Below, piece after piece: positions 38,443 to 47,028 of a stretch of 64,000 nucleotides of DNA. Both the position numbers and the translations under genes were made by a program. Source of the stretch: an uncultured Candidatus Binatia bacterium. Lineage in GTDB: Bacteria > Desulfobacterota > Binatia > UBA9968 > JAJDTQ01. The stretch's first letter is position 1. The number at the start of each line of letters is the position of its first letter. The DNA lies in contig OZ251459.1 of NCBI GenBank assembly GCA_965242525.1, forward strand, positions 2,537,037 through 2,601,036. Direction: 5' to 3'. The notes beneath the pieces were generated by a model, which made no database searches, was not told where the DNA came from, and saw only the letters and a list, made by a program, of their open reading frames with translations.

Positions 38443-38525
38443 CTGTCGTTTCGACCGGGCCGCGAACCGGGACCGCCCCGGGCCTTCCGGGCGCGGATAA
38501 CCACAGGATCACAGGAGGAGTTCCA

Positions 38526-39632
38526 ATGAGCAAGATCGACGTCGTGGATGCGGACTCCCACGTCATGGAAGTGCCGGAGACCTGGGATTACCTGGAGGAC
38601 GAGTTCCGGCACAGAAGGCCGGTGGTGGTGCAGGGGGAGGGACTGGCCACCAACTCCCACATCGACGCGTGGTGGCTCATCGACGGCCAGATCCATCCCC
38701 GGTTGTGGGGACCCGGCACCACCTTCAGCGGCACGCCGCTGGAGATGAAGTTCGCCCGGGACAAGATATTCAACGTCGGCAGCCAGAGCATGACCGACAT
38801 CGACGCCCGCATCAAGGACCTGGACGCCTTCGGCATCGACATCCAGGTGGTCTTCTCCTCCATCCTGTTCCATCGCCTGACCGAGGACCCCAGGTTCGAG
38901 GCCGCGTTGATGCGGAGCTACAACACCTGGGTCTCCCAGCGTTGCAGCGAGCGGCCCGAGCGCCTGAAGTGGTCCGCGGTGATCCCCATGCGGGACCGCG
39001 AAGCCTGCGTGGCCGAGGTCCACCGGGCCCGGGAACTCGGCGCCGTGGGTCTGATGATCGGCGGCACCGCGGGCCAGACCCTGCTGCACCATCCGGACCT
39101 TTCGCCGTTCTTTGCCGCGGCCTGCGAAGTCGATCTGCCGGTGTGCGTGCACACGGGCTGGAGCGCGCCGGGCCTGACCCAGACCTGCGAGGACCCCTAC
39201 TCGGCGTTGCTCCTGAGCTTCACACTGCCCGTGCTCATGGGGTTCTTCAGCGTCCTGGCCGGCGGCGTCCTCGACCGCTTCCCGAAGCTCCGGGTCGCCT
39301 TCCTGGAGGCGGGCTCCGAATGGATCCCCTACATGGTCGGACGGATGGACCACTACCATCCGGTGGTGGAGATGCTGGGGAACCGCTCCCGGAAGCTGCC
39401 CAGCGAGTACCTGAAGGAAGGCCGGGTTTACGTCACCTGCGAAGCGGAGGAGCCGCTCCTGCCCCACGTCATCGACCTTGTGGGGGAGGACCAGATCCTG
39501 ATCGAGGGCGACATCCCCCATTCCGAGGCGCGTGAGACGGGCATCCAGGAGATCCGGGACCGCACCGACCTCTCGGACGCGGTCAAGCAGAAGATCCTGC
39601 GCGAGAACGGCCTCGCGTTCTACAACCTGTGA
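38526..39632 (+). CDS. Amidohydrolase-2 family protein (ACMSD/metal-dependent decarboxylase-hydrolase type, COG2159-like)
   Basis: N-terminal VVDADSHVME metal-binding motif and TIM-barrel length. Paralogous to 45832..46953. Confidence 0.8.
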   Translation: MSKIDVVDADSHVMEVPETWDYLEDEFRHRRPVVVQGEGLATNSHIDAWWLIDGQIHPRLWGPGTTFSGTPLEMKFARDKIFNVGSQSMTDIDARIKDLDAFGIDIQVVFSSILFHRLTEDPRFEAALMRSYNTWVSQRCSERPERLKWSAVIPMRDREACVAEVHRARELGAVGLMIGGTAGQTLLHHPDLSPFFAAACEVDLPVCVHTGWSAPGLTQTCEDPYSALLLSFTLPVLMGFFSVLAGGVLDRFPKLRVAFLEAGSEWIPYMVGRMDHYHPVVEMLGNRSRKLPSEYLKEGRVYVTCEAEEPLLPHVIDLVGEDQILIEGDIPHSEARETGIQEIRDRTDLSDAVKQKILRENGLAFYNL

Positions 39633-39707
39633 CGCGCGCCAGAGGCCGCAGAACCGCTTCGGGTCGTCCGCCGGTATCTTCTCGATGACCCGGGACGGGA
39701 CGCTGCC

Positions 39708-40688
39708 CTACGGTTTCAGGGCCTCCCGTATCGCGTCCGCCTCCCGGTCCACCAGGGTCATGAGACCCTCGTAGGCGGCGCGCGCGACTGCCGCAGGGCC
39801 GGGGTTGACGGCCGTGCCGCTGTTCCTGGCCCAGTTCCGGTAGTCCGCGTCGTCCATGGCCTTGACCACGATCTCTTCCAGCTTCGCGGCCCGGTCACGG
39901 GGAACGCCCGGAGGGATGGCCACGAGCCGCAGGATCTCGTTCACGAAGTCGATGCCGAGCTCCCGGGCGGTGGGCGTGTCCGGGCATGCCCACGAGCGCT
40001 TCACGCCCAGGTGGACGATGCAACGGATGTCGCCGTCCCGGGCCAGCGGCCCCACGGTGGAGTGCTCGCTGGGGTTGAGCCAGGTGATGAAGTCGCCGCG
40101 CATCAACGCGGGCACGCTGTCCCCGGTGCCTCGATAACCCGTTACCAGGTCGAACCGGAGCCCCAGGGTCCTCGCCGACAGGAAGCTGGGCAGCCACCGC
40201 CCGGTCCCGACCCCTTCGGAGCCCCAAGTGAGCCGGGAGAGTCCCTTGAGGTCGTCCAGGGTCTCGTGGGGCGACTTGCCGCTCACGAACAGGGTGTAGG
40301 GCTCGTTGCCCATCCGGGCGATGTACTCGAACTGGTTCAGGTCGTAGATGGTCTTCCCGGTCCCGGACAGGACCTGGGGAGTCACCAGCCCCAGCATGTC
40401 CAGCACCCCCACCGTGTGCCCGTCCGGCTTGGCCCGGTACAGGCTCACCGCCCCGCGCCTGCCGCCGGCGCCGGTGACGTTCTTGACGATGACCCGGATG
40501 CCCTCGGGCAGTTGCTTGTCGATGCTGCGGGCCAGGGCGCGGCTCATGGCGTCGTAGCCGCCGCCCGGCGGGAACTGCACGATCCACGTCAGGTCCCTGC
40601 TCGGAAAGTCGGCTCGGGCCGGCCCGGCCGCGGCGCCGAGAACCAGCAAGGCCAGGAACGTCGTTGTCGTCCGCAGGATGGTCTTCAT
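39708..40688 (-). CDS. tctC: TctC/Bug-family substrate-binding protein
   Basis: Signal peptide MKTILRTTTTFLALLVLGAAAGPARA, then ...QFPPGGGYDAMSRALARS.... Confidence 0.8.
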   Translation of the reverse strand: MKTILRTTTTFLALLVLGAAAGPARADFPSRDLTWIVQFPPGGGYDAMSRALARSIDKQLPEGIRVIVKNVTGAGGRRGAVSLYRAKPDGHTVGVLDMLGLVTPQVLSGTGKTIYDLNQFEYIARMGNEPYTLFVSGKSPHETLDDLKGLSRLTWGSEGVGTGRWLPSFLSARTLGLRFDLVTGYRGTGDSVPALMRGDFITWLNPSEHSTVGPLARDGDIRCIVHLGVKRSWACPDTPTARELGIDFVNEILRLVAIPPGVPRDRAAKLEEIVVKAMDDADYRNWARNSGTAVNPGPAAVARAAYEGLMTLVDREADAIREALKP

Positions 40689-40716
40689 GGGCTCCTCCGT
40701 TCTGCCGGTCCCGTCG

Positions 40717-41604
40717 TCAGGCCTCCGCCTCGACGCGCAACTCCATCACGCCGATCTTCTCGATCTCTCCCCGGAGCCGGTCGCCGTCCCGAAGCGTGTG
40801 CACCCCGGCCGGCGTCCCGGTGGTGATGAGGTCGCCCGGCCGGAGGGTCGCCACGCTCGACAGGAACCGGATGTGGTCCCGGACTCCGCAGATCATGTCG
40901 CCGGTATGCGCGGTCATCACCTGCTCGCCGTTGTGCCACGCGGTGAGCGAGAGGTCCTGCGGCTCGGGGATCTCGTCCCTGGTGACGATCCAGGGTCCCA
41001 GGGGACTGAAGGTGTCGAAGCCCTTGCGGACGTTGCGGGTGTTGTGCTTGCCGCGCCCCCAGGGGTCCCGCTGGCTGATGTCCCAGCAGATGGTGTAGCC
41101 GAAGACGTGGTCCAGCGCCTGCTCCTCGGTCACCTTGCGGGTCACCTTGCCGATGACCACGCAGAGCTCGCACTCGAAGTCCACGTCGTGGGACACCTTG
41201 GGGATGACAACGGCGCCGCCGGGTCCGATGATGGACGAGACCGGCTTCAGGAAGTCCTGCGACATGTGGTCGTCCTTGTCCGGCAACTCCTGGGCGCCGC
41301 TCCCCATCCGGGTCTCCATCTCCTTGCGGTGATCCATGTAGTTGGCGGCCGCGGCCCAGAGGGACGTGGGGTTGTCGATGGGCGCTCGAAGCGTCACCCG
41401 GTCCAGTGGCGTGGCGTCCCCGGACCGGATGCACTCCTCGGCGCAGGGCCGGGCCGCGGGGTTTCCCGCCAGCGCCTCGATGACCTGGACCATGGTGTAA
41501 TCGGCCTTGAGCAGGCCCGCGGCGACCATCGCCGCTCCGATGGGATAGACTTGGTCGTCCACCACCGCCCCGGCCTGCTTCGCGTCGTAAGTGCAAACCT
41601 TCAT
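40717..41604 (-). CDS. Fumarylacetoacetate hydrolase (FAH) family protein
   Basis: Blocks DFECELCVVIGK, GYTICWDISQRD and PGDLITTGTPAGV. ATG 41604 is preceded by GGAGGGAGG. Confidence 0.85.
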   Translation of the reverse strand: MKVCTYDAKQAGAVVDDQVYPIGAAMVAAGLLKADYTMVQVIEALAGNPAARPCAEECIRSGDATPLDRVTLRAPIDNPTSLWAAAANYMDHRKEMETRMGSGAQELPDKDDHMSQDFLKPVSSIIGPGGAVVIPKVSHDVDFECELCVVIGKVTRKVTEEQALDHVFGYTICWDISQRDPWGRGKHNTRNVRKGFDTFSPLGPWIVTRDEIPEPQDLSLTAWHNGEQVMTAHTGDMICGVRDHIRFLSSVATLRPGDLITTGTPAGVHTLRDGDRLRGEIEKIGVMELRVEAEA

Positions 41605-41787
41605 GCTTCGCCTCCCTCCGCCTTGGCGTCCCCGAGCCTCGGGACGCTCCATGGTGCCTTATACCACAACGGACCCGGACTGGCATCTTCCTTGCCCGAA
41701 TCTTCCTGCTTGACAGCGGCGCGGAAATGTCGGATTTCCTGGTAAGCCGCGGCGAGCCGCGGCAGCCGACCCCGCGGAGGTGGAGCC

Positions 41788-42603
41788 ATGCCAACGCGCA
41801 TCCGACACGTGGCCCTCTACACGGAGAACTGGGACCGGATGGCCCGTTTCTACCGGACGGTCTTCGGGATGAAGAAGATCACCACCGGGATGACCGACGA
41901 GAAGGGGAACTACAACCCGAACCGGGGCCACGTCAGCGATGGGGTCGTCGGCTTCGCCATGCTGCAGAAGCATCCGGGGAACCAGTCCGGGCTGGACCAC
42001 TTCGGTTTCGAGGTGGAGGAAATACCGGTGGTGCTGGAGCGGATGCGCCGCGGCTACCCGGACCTGCTGGTGGCCAGGAGCCTGCCCCACGTGCCGTTCT
42101 CGGTTTCCCGCGGCACCGATCCCTGCGGCGCGCAGTTCGACGTCTCCCGGAAGGGCGCCGCCAAGGTCCGGGAGGGGTACCTGGAGGAGGGCTGGATCCA
42201 GCCGCGCCGGCTAGGCCACGTCTCCATCCGCTCCAGGACCCCGGAACGGGTGGCCGAGTTCTACCACCGCGTGTTCGACCTCGACGTGGGCGAAGCGCCG
42301 GCGCCGGACGGCAGCTTCCGGGTCACCGACGGCACGGTGGACCTGCTGGTGCGCCCCTGCGACAACGCGCTGTACCGCGGCATGCGCGAAGGGCTCGACC
42401 ACATCGGCTTCCTGGTCGAGGACCTGGAGCGGACCCGGAAGGACATCGAGGCCCTGGGCGAAGCCGCTCCGGAAGCCGCCCCCGCCAACCTGGACGCGGG
42501 CCGTTTCGGCCCCATGACCCGGGCCGACCTGGAAGGCTGCATCATCGGCCAGTACGCCATGGCCGACCCCGACGGCATCCTGCTCGACCTCTCCGAGCCG
42601 TGA
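41788..42603 (+). CDS. Two-domain VOC-family protein (extradiol dioxygenase/glyoxalase-like)
   Basis: Two repeats of the VOC module (IRHVALYTENWDRMARFY...LDHFGFEVEE and LGHVSIRSRTPERVAEFY...LDHIGFLVED). Confidence 0.75.
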   Translation: MPTRIRHVALYTENWDRMARFYRTVFGMKKITTGMTDEKGNYNPNRGHVSDGVVGFAMLQKHPGNQSGLDHFGFEVEEIPVVLERMRRGYPDLLVARSLPHVPFSVSRGTDPCGAQFDVSRKGAAKVREGYLEEGWIQPRRLGHVSIRSRTPERVAEFYHRVFDLDVGEAPAPDGSFRVTDGTVDLLVRPCDNALYRGMREGLDHIGFLVEDLERTRKDIEALGEAAPEAAPANLDAGRFGPMTRADLEGCIIGQYAMADPDGILLDLSEP

Positions 42604-42661
42604 GCAAGGAGGCCGCGTCGCGGCGGCAGAGGCCCCTTCCTCCGGGGCGCCGCCCCGGTGA

Positions 42662-44173
42662 CTAGTCTTCGCTCTTCAGGAACTCCGCCAGCCGCTCGCC
42701 GATCACATATACGGTGGCGTTGGTGTTGGCGTGCACCACCGTGGGCATGACGGAGGCGTCCGCCACCCACAGGTTGTCCAGTCCATGGACCCGCAGTCGT
42801 TGGTCCACCACCGCGGCGGGGTCTTCCGACGGCCCCATCTTGCAGGTGCCGGAACCGTGGAGACCGCTGCTGTGGGTGGAGCGGGCGAAGGTTGCCCAGT
42901 CCTCGTCCGGACCCGGGGCCGCCAACGAGCCGTAGAATTCCTTCATGGGCGAGGTCCGGGCCAGCTCCCGGACGAACCCCATGGCCGACACCATCTTTTC
43001 CCGGTCAAGGGGGTCTTCCAGCAGCGCCGGTTCCACCACGGGGTCGTCTTTGGGGTCGGAGCTCTCGAGGCGGATCCGTCCCCGGGCCGTCTGCTCCAGC
43101 AGATTGATGCTCAGGGACAGCAGGGAGTCCATGTCCGGGAACTTCATGGGAGGGCGCAGGAGCACGTAGAAGTCGGCGTGGTCGAGGCTCGGCGAGGTTC
43201 GCGCCATGAGGCGGACCTGCAGCCCGGTCCAGGGCGCGCCGAATTCCCCGAGGGCCTTGAACGTCATGTGGACCATCGCGTGGTCCTGGAAGTTCTCACC
43301 GACGCCCTCCAGCGGGTGGGTTACCTCGACGCCGAGTCGTTCGAGGGCCGCGGGCGGGCCGATACCCGACAACAGCAGGACTTGCGGGCTGCGATAGACT
43401 CCCGCGGCCAGCACCACGTGTTGGGCGGCGGCGGTGTGGACCACGCCGTCCCTTTCGTAGCGCACGCCGTCCACCCGAGTGCCGGAGACCGTCAAGGCGA
43501 GCACCGAAGCCTCCGCCCGGACGGTGAGGTTCGGACGCCCGCAGGCGGGGGCGAGATGGCTCACCACCGCAGACTGGCGCCTGCCGTCCCTGACGTTGCG
43601 CACGCTCGGGCCGACGCCCGAGGGATCGGCGATGTTCGTGTCCGGGAGGCTTGGCAGCCCCATCTCCATGGCGCCGTCGATACAGGCCCGGGTCACCGGA
43701 GACAGGTCCGACGCCAGGAGGAAGGGTCGCTTGACGTACACGGGTCCGGCGTTGCCGTGGTTCGGGTCGTCGGGGAAGTCCTGATCCGTTTCGATGCGCT
43801 TCAACACCGCGTGGACCGCCTCCCAGGACCAGTCCGGGTTCCCTTCCGCAACCCACGTTTCCATGTCGTGCCGCGTGGGCCAGACGTAGCCCATGGCGTT
43901 GACCGACGAGCCGCCGCCCATGATCCTTCCGACTGTGAGGGGGAACGAGCTGCCGTCGATGGGTCGCCGGGTCGTCAACATCTCCACGAAGGGAGTCTCC
44001 GACCACACCCGGTACCAACTGGCGGCGTCCCGGATCACGTCCGGAATCGGCTGGGGATGGGGCGCGGCTTCCAGCAAAAGCACCCTCCGGCGCGGGTCCT
44101 CGCTGAGTCGGCCCGCGGCGACGCAGCCCCCGGAGCCGCCGCCGATGACGACGACGTCATAGTGTTCCGACAT
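42662..44173 (-). CDS. GMC-family FAD oxidoreductase (choline/alcohol dehydrogenase-like)
   Basis: N-terminal YDVVVIGGGSGGCVAAGRLSED. C-terminal GLHGSGTCKMG and LWVADASVMP motifs. Confidence 0.9.
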   Translation of the reverse strand: MSEHYDVVVIGGGSGGCVAAGRLSEDPRRRVLLLEAAPHPQPIPDVIRDAASWYRVWSETPFVEMLTTRRPIDGSSFPLTVGRIMGGGSSVNAMGYVWPTRHDMETWVAEGNPDWSWEAVHAVLKRIETDQDFPDDPNHGNAGPVYVKRPFLLASDLSPVTRACIDGAMEMGLPSLPDTNIADPSGVGPSVRNVRDGRRQSAVVSHLAPACGRPNLTVRAEASVLALTVSGTRVDGVRYERDGVVHTAAAQHVVLAAGVYRSPQVLLLSGIGPPAALERLGVEVTHPLEGVGENFQDHAMVHMTFKALGEFGAPWTGLQVRLMARTSPSLDHADFYVLLRPPMKFPDMDSLLSLSINLLEQTARGRIRLESSDPKDDPVVEPALLEDPLDREKMVSAMGFVRELARTSPMKEFYGSLAAPGPDEDWATFARSTHSSGLHGSGTCKMGPSEDPAAVVDQRLRVHGLDNLWVADASVMPTVVHANTNATVYVIGERLAEFLKSED

Positions 44174-44242
44174 GTTCGTCCTCCTCCGAGCCGGCGTCGA
44201 ACCTTCGGTTTTCCCTGGAGCGAGGGCCGCGGCCCCACTTCG

Positions 44243-45643
44243 TCACTGTCGGGGGAGGGGGCAGACCGCCTGTCTCCCGGGCGTGGCGATACTCGCGAGC
44301 ACGCTTGCGTCCTCCAACTGCGCCGCGTTGCGGCAGGCTTCGATCATCTCCCGGGTCGATGCAGCGCCCAGCAGGGGGTCGGCGAGGGCGTGCACCTTGT
44401 CTTCCATGTCCTGGTCCGACAGCGGACGCTCCAGGCTTCCCGAAGCATGCTCGACCGCGGCTTCCACGGAACGGCCGCCCTGCAACCGTATCCGCACCAC
44501 CGCGGCGGACTCGCTCACGGCGCCGTCCGCCGCGGCCGAGACCCGGTCGCGCAGGGCCATGATCTCGGGGTGGTTGACGGTTTCGTCCGAGAACTCGGCT
44601 ACGCCGACCCGTCCGAGCGCGAGCGCGGCCGCGGCCGCGTGATATACGCTGAACTTGCCTTCGAGCCCGGTCCGCGGCGTCCGGTTCCCGGTGAGCTCCA
44701 GCACGAGCGGGTGGACTCGCAACTCCACGGCTTCGACGTCGCCGGCGGTGATCCCGTGTTCCCGTTTGAGCCGGATGCAGCCGTCGAGGCTCGGGTGGAT
44801 CACCACGCCGCAAGGGTAGGGCTTGTAGGTGTTGCGCGCGATCTCGTAGCCGTCGCCGAGTCCTTCGCAGATGGCCGCGTAGTCCTGCTTGGCGGAGAGC
44901 ACCGGGGCGAACCCCCTGGGCGCTTCGATGGCCCGCTCGGAGCTGGTGAACCCGCGGGCGGCGAGCAAGGCCGCGGACAGGCCGTTCTGGGCGGCCCGTC
45001 CGACGTGGAAAGGCTTGCACATGGTCCCGAACATCTCCCGCAGCCCTGCGGCCTGGGTGGCGGCCGCGCCCAGGGCCCAGCACATGCGCCGGCGGTCCAG
45101 TCCGAGCGCGCGGCCGGCAGCGGCAGCGGCCCCGAAGACCCCCGCGGTGGCGGTGATGTGCCAGCCCGCGTCGTAATGGTCGGGGTAAACTGCGTTGCCG
45201 ATGCGGCACTCCACCTCCACCCCGAGGATCAGCGCATGGAGGAACTCCCCGCCGGAGACAGGCCGGTGCTCGGCCAGGGCCAGCAGCGCCGCGGCCACCG
45301 GCCCGGCGGGATGGATGATGGTGCGCAGGTGCGTGTCGTCGAAGTCGAACACGTGGGAGCTCAGGCCGTTGAGCAGCGCCGCATGGAGCGCATCCACCCG
45401 CTCCGTGCGGCCCAGCACCGACGCCTGGGGCTTCCCCATGAAGGGTCCCAGGGCCCGCAGCGCGATGTCCACCGATTCGTGGCGCGAGCCGCCCACCGCG
45501 CAGCCCATCCAGTTGAGCAGCGTGCGCGCGGCTTCGCCGCGCACGGCGTCGGGGACGGAGCGGAACTCCGACTCGCAGACCCACCGGGCCAAGCGTCCGG
45601 TCACTTCCAGGTTCGAGGCGCTCACGGGGGACTTTGGATCCAT
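44243..45643 (-). CDS. MmgE/PrpD-family protein (2-methylcitrate dehydratase-like)
   Basis: 466 aa from ATG 45643. The N-terminal LARWV...F..VP..V...A...LLNWMGCAVGG pattern is typical of the family. Confidence 0.8.
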   Translation of the reverse strand: MDPKSPVSASNLEVTGRLARWVCESEFRSVPDAVRGEAARTLLNWMGCAVGGSRHESVDIALRALGPFMGKPQASVLGRTERVDALHAALLNGLSSHVFDFDDTHLRTIIHPAGPVAAALLALAEHRPVSGGEFLHALILGVEVECRIGNAVYPDHYDAGWHITATAGVFGAAAAAGRALGLDRRRMCWALGAAATQAAGLREMFGTMCKPFHVGRAAQNGLSAALLAARGFTSSERAIEAPRGFAPVLSAKQDYAAICEGLGDGYEIARNTYKPYPCGVVIHPSLDGCIRLKREHGITAGDVEAVELRVHPLVLELTGNRTPRTGLEGKFSVYHAAAAALALGRVGVAEFSDETVNHPEIMALRDRVSAAADGAVSESAAVVRIRLQGGRSVEAAVEHASGSLERPLSDQDMEDKVHALADPLLGAASTREMIEACRNAAQLEDASVLASIATPGRQAVCPLPRQ

Positions 45644-45831
45644 TCGGGAAAACGGCGCCGGACGGCGTCTCCGCTCGAAAGCCGGAGAGCGGTGTGGCGC
45701 TGCGGGACGGAGCGGAGCGGCCGCCGCGCCGTGGACCCACCCGCGCATGGGGCCGCCCCGCTCCTTGACAACGCGCCTTGGCGCCTTCAATGTTGATTCG
45801 GTAATATACCCCAAATCGACGGAGGTGTGAA

Positions 45832-46953
45832 ATGAACGTTGTTGACGCTGACGGCCACGTGGAAGAGTGCCTGGCGACCTTCGACGACGAATACCTCGAC
45901 CCCGGGTTCCGGGGCCAGCGGCCTCGCGTGGTGGGCGTGGACGGCATGGCCTACTGGATGATCGACGAGCAACTGTTCCCCCGCCGGGTGGGCCGGGGCT
46001 GCAACAACCTGGGCACGCCGGTCACCATCGACGGCAAGCCCGCGAAACACTCCGAAGGCAAGCCGGAAAGCGTCGGGAGCATGGAACTCACCAACATCCC
46101 CGAGCGGCTGGAGATCATGGACGAGGAAGACATCGCCGTGCAGGTGGTCTATCCGACCCTCTTCCTCGCCTATCCGCTCACCAGCAACACGGCGTTGGCC
46201 ACCGCCCTGTGCGACTCCTACAACCGTTGGCTGGGAGACCGGTTGGGCGGCCACGACCGGATCAAGTGGGCCGCGGTGGTGAACCTGGACGACGTGGACG
46301 GCGCGGTGCGGTCGGTGCGCGAGGCCAGCGGGATGGGAGCGGTTTCGGTCATGGTGCTGGGCACCGCGGGCGACCGGCTCCTGGACGAGGACGACCTGCT
46401 GCCGTTCTACGAGGCGGTGGAGGGAGAGAACCTCGCCCTGGGCGTCCACGTGGGCTGGTCCTGCCCGTCGGTGAACAACCTCTACTCGCACATCTATCCC
46501 TCCGGCGTCATCGCGTTCCACATGCCCGTCCTCATGGCGTGCACTTCCCTGATGGCCGGCGGCGTCCTCGACCGGTTCCCGGACATGCGGGTGGTGTTCC
46601 TGGAGGCGGGATGCATGTGGGTGCCCTTCATGCTCGACCGTCTGAAGCATCGCTACGAGAACCAGGGGGAGCTGCTGCTCAAGTTCATCCCCGAGACCGT
46701 CCCCAGGCAGGCGCTCCCGGCCATGGAGTACGTCAGGAAGGGCAACCTCTACTTCAGCGCGGAGATCGAGGACTCCCTGCTGCCGCAGGTGATGGACCTG
46801 GTGGGGCAGGGACAGATCGTCACCGGAACGGACATGCCCCACGGCGACCGGGAACGCTATGCCGCGCGCATGCTGTGCGAGCGGACCGACATCTCCGACG
46901 CCGCCAAGGACGCCATCCTGGACTCCAACCCCAGGCGGCTCTACGGGCTGTGA
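45832..46953 (+). CDS. Amidohydrolase-2 family protein (second paralogue)
   Basis: MNVVDADGHVEE... metal-binding motif. GGAGG Shine-Dalgarno. Collinear similarity to 38526..39632. Confidence 0.8.
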   Translation: MNVVDADGHVEECLATFDDEYLDPGFRGQRPRVVGVDGMAYWMIDEQLFPRRVGRGCNNLGTPVTIDGKPAKHSEGKPESVGSMELTNIPERLEIMDEEDIAVQVVYPTLFLAYPLTSNTALATALCDSYNRWLGDRLGGHDRIKWAAVVNLDDVDGAVRSVREASGMGAVSVMVLGTAGDRLLDEDDLLPFYEAVEGENLALGVHVGWSCPSVNNLYSHIYPSGVIAFHMPVLMACTSLMAGGVLDRFPDMRVVFLEAGCMWVPFMLDRLKHRYENQGELLLKFIPETVPRQALPAMEYVRKGNLYFSAEIEDSLLPQVMDLVGQGQIVTGTDMPHGDRERYAARMLCERTDISDAAKDAILDSNPRRLYGL

Positions 46954-47028
46954 GGCGGGGATGGCGCTGAAGGCTTCCCTCGGGGCCGGCTACGGCCGCC
47001 TGTTCGAGCACGAGTACGAACGGGACCC

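Noticed and set aside
41710-41740. TTGACA at 41710 and 45765 as promoters for divergent catabolic genes.
   Set aside because: The associated -10 candidates (GATTTC, CAATGT) are poor. They are left unannotated.
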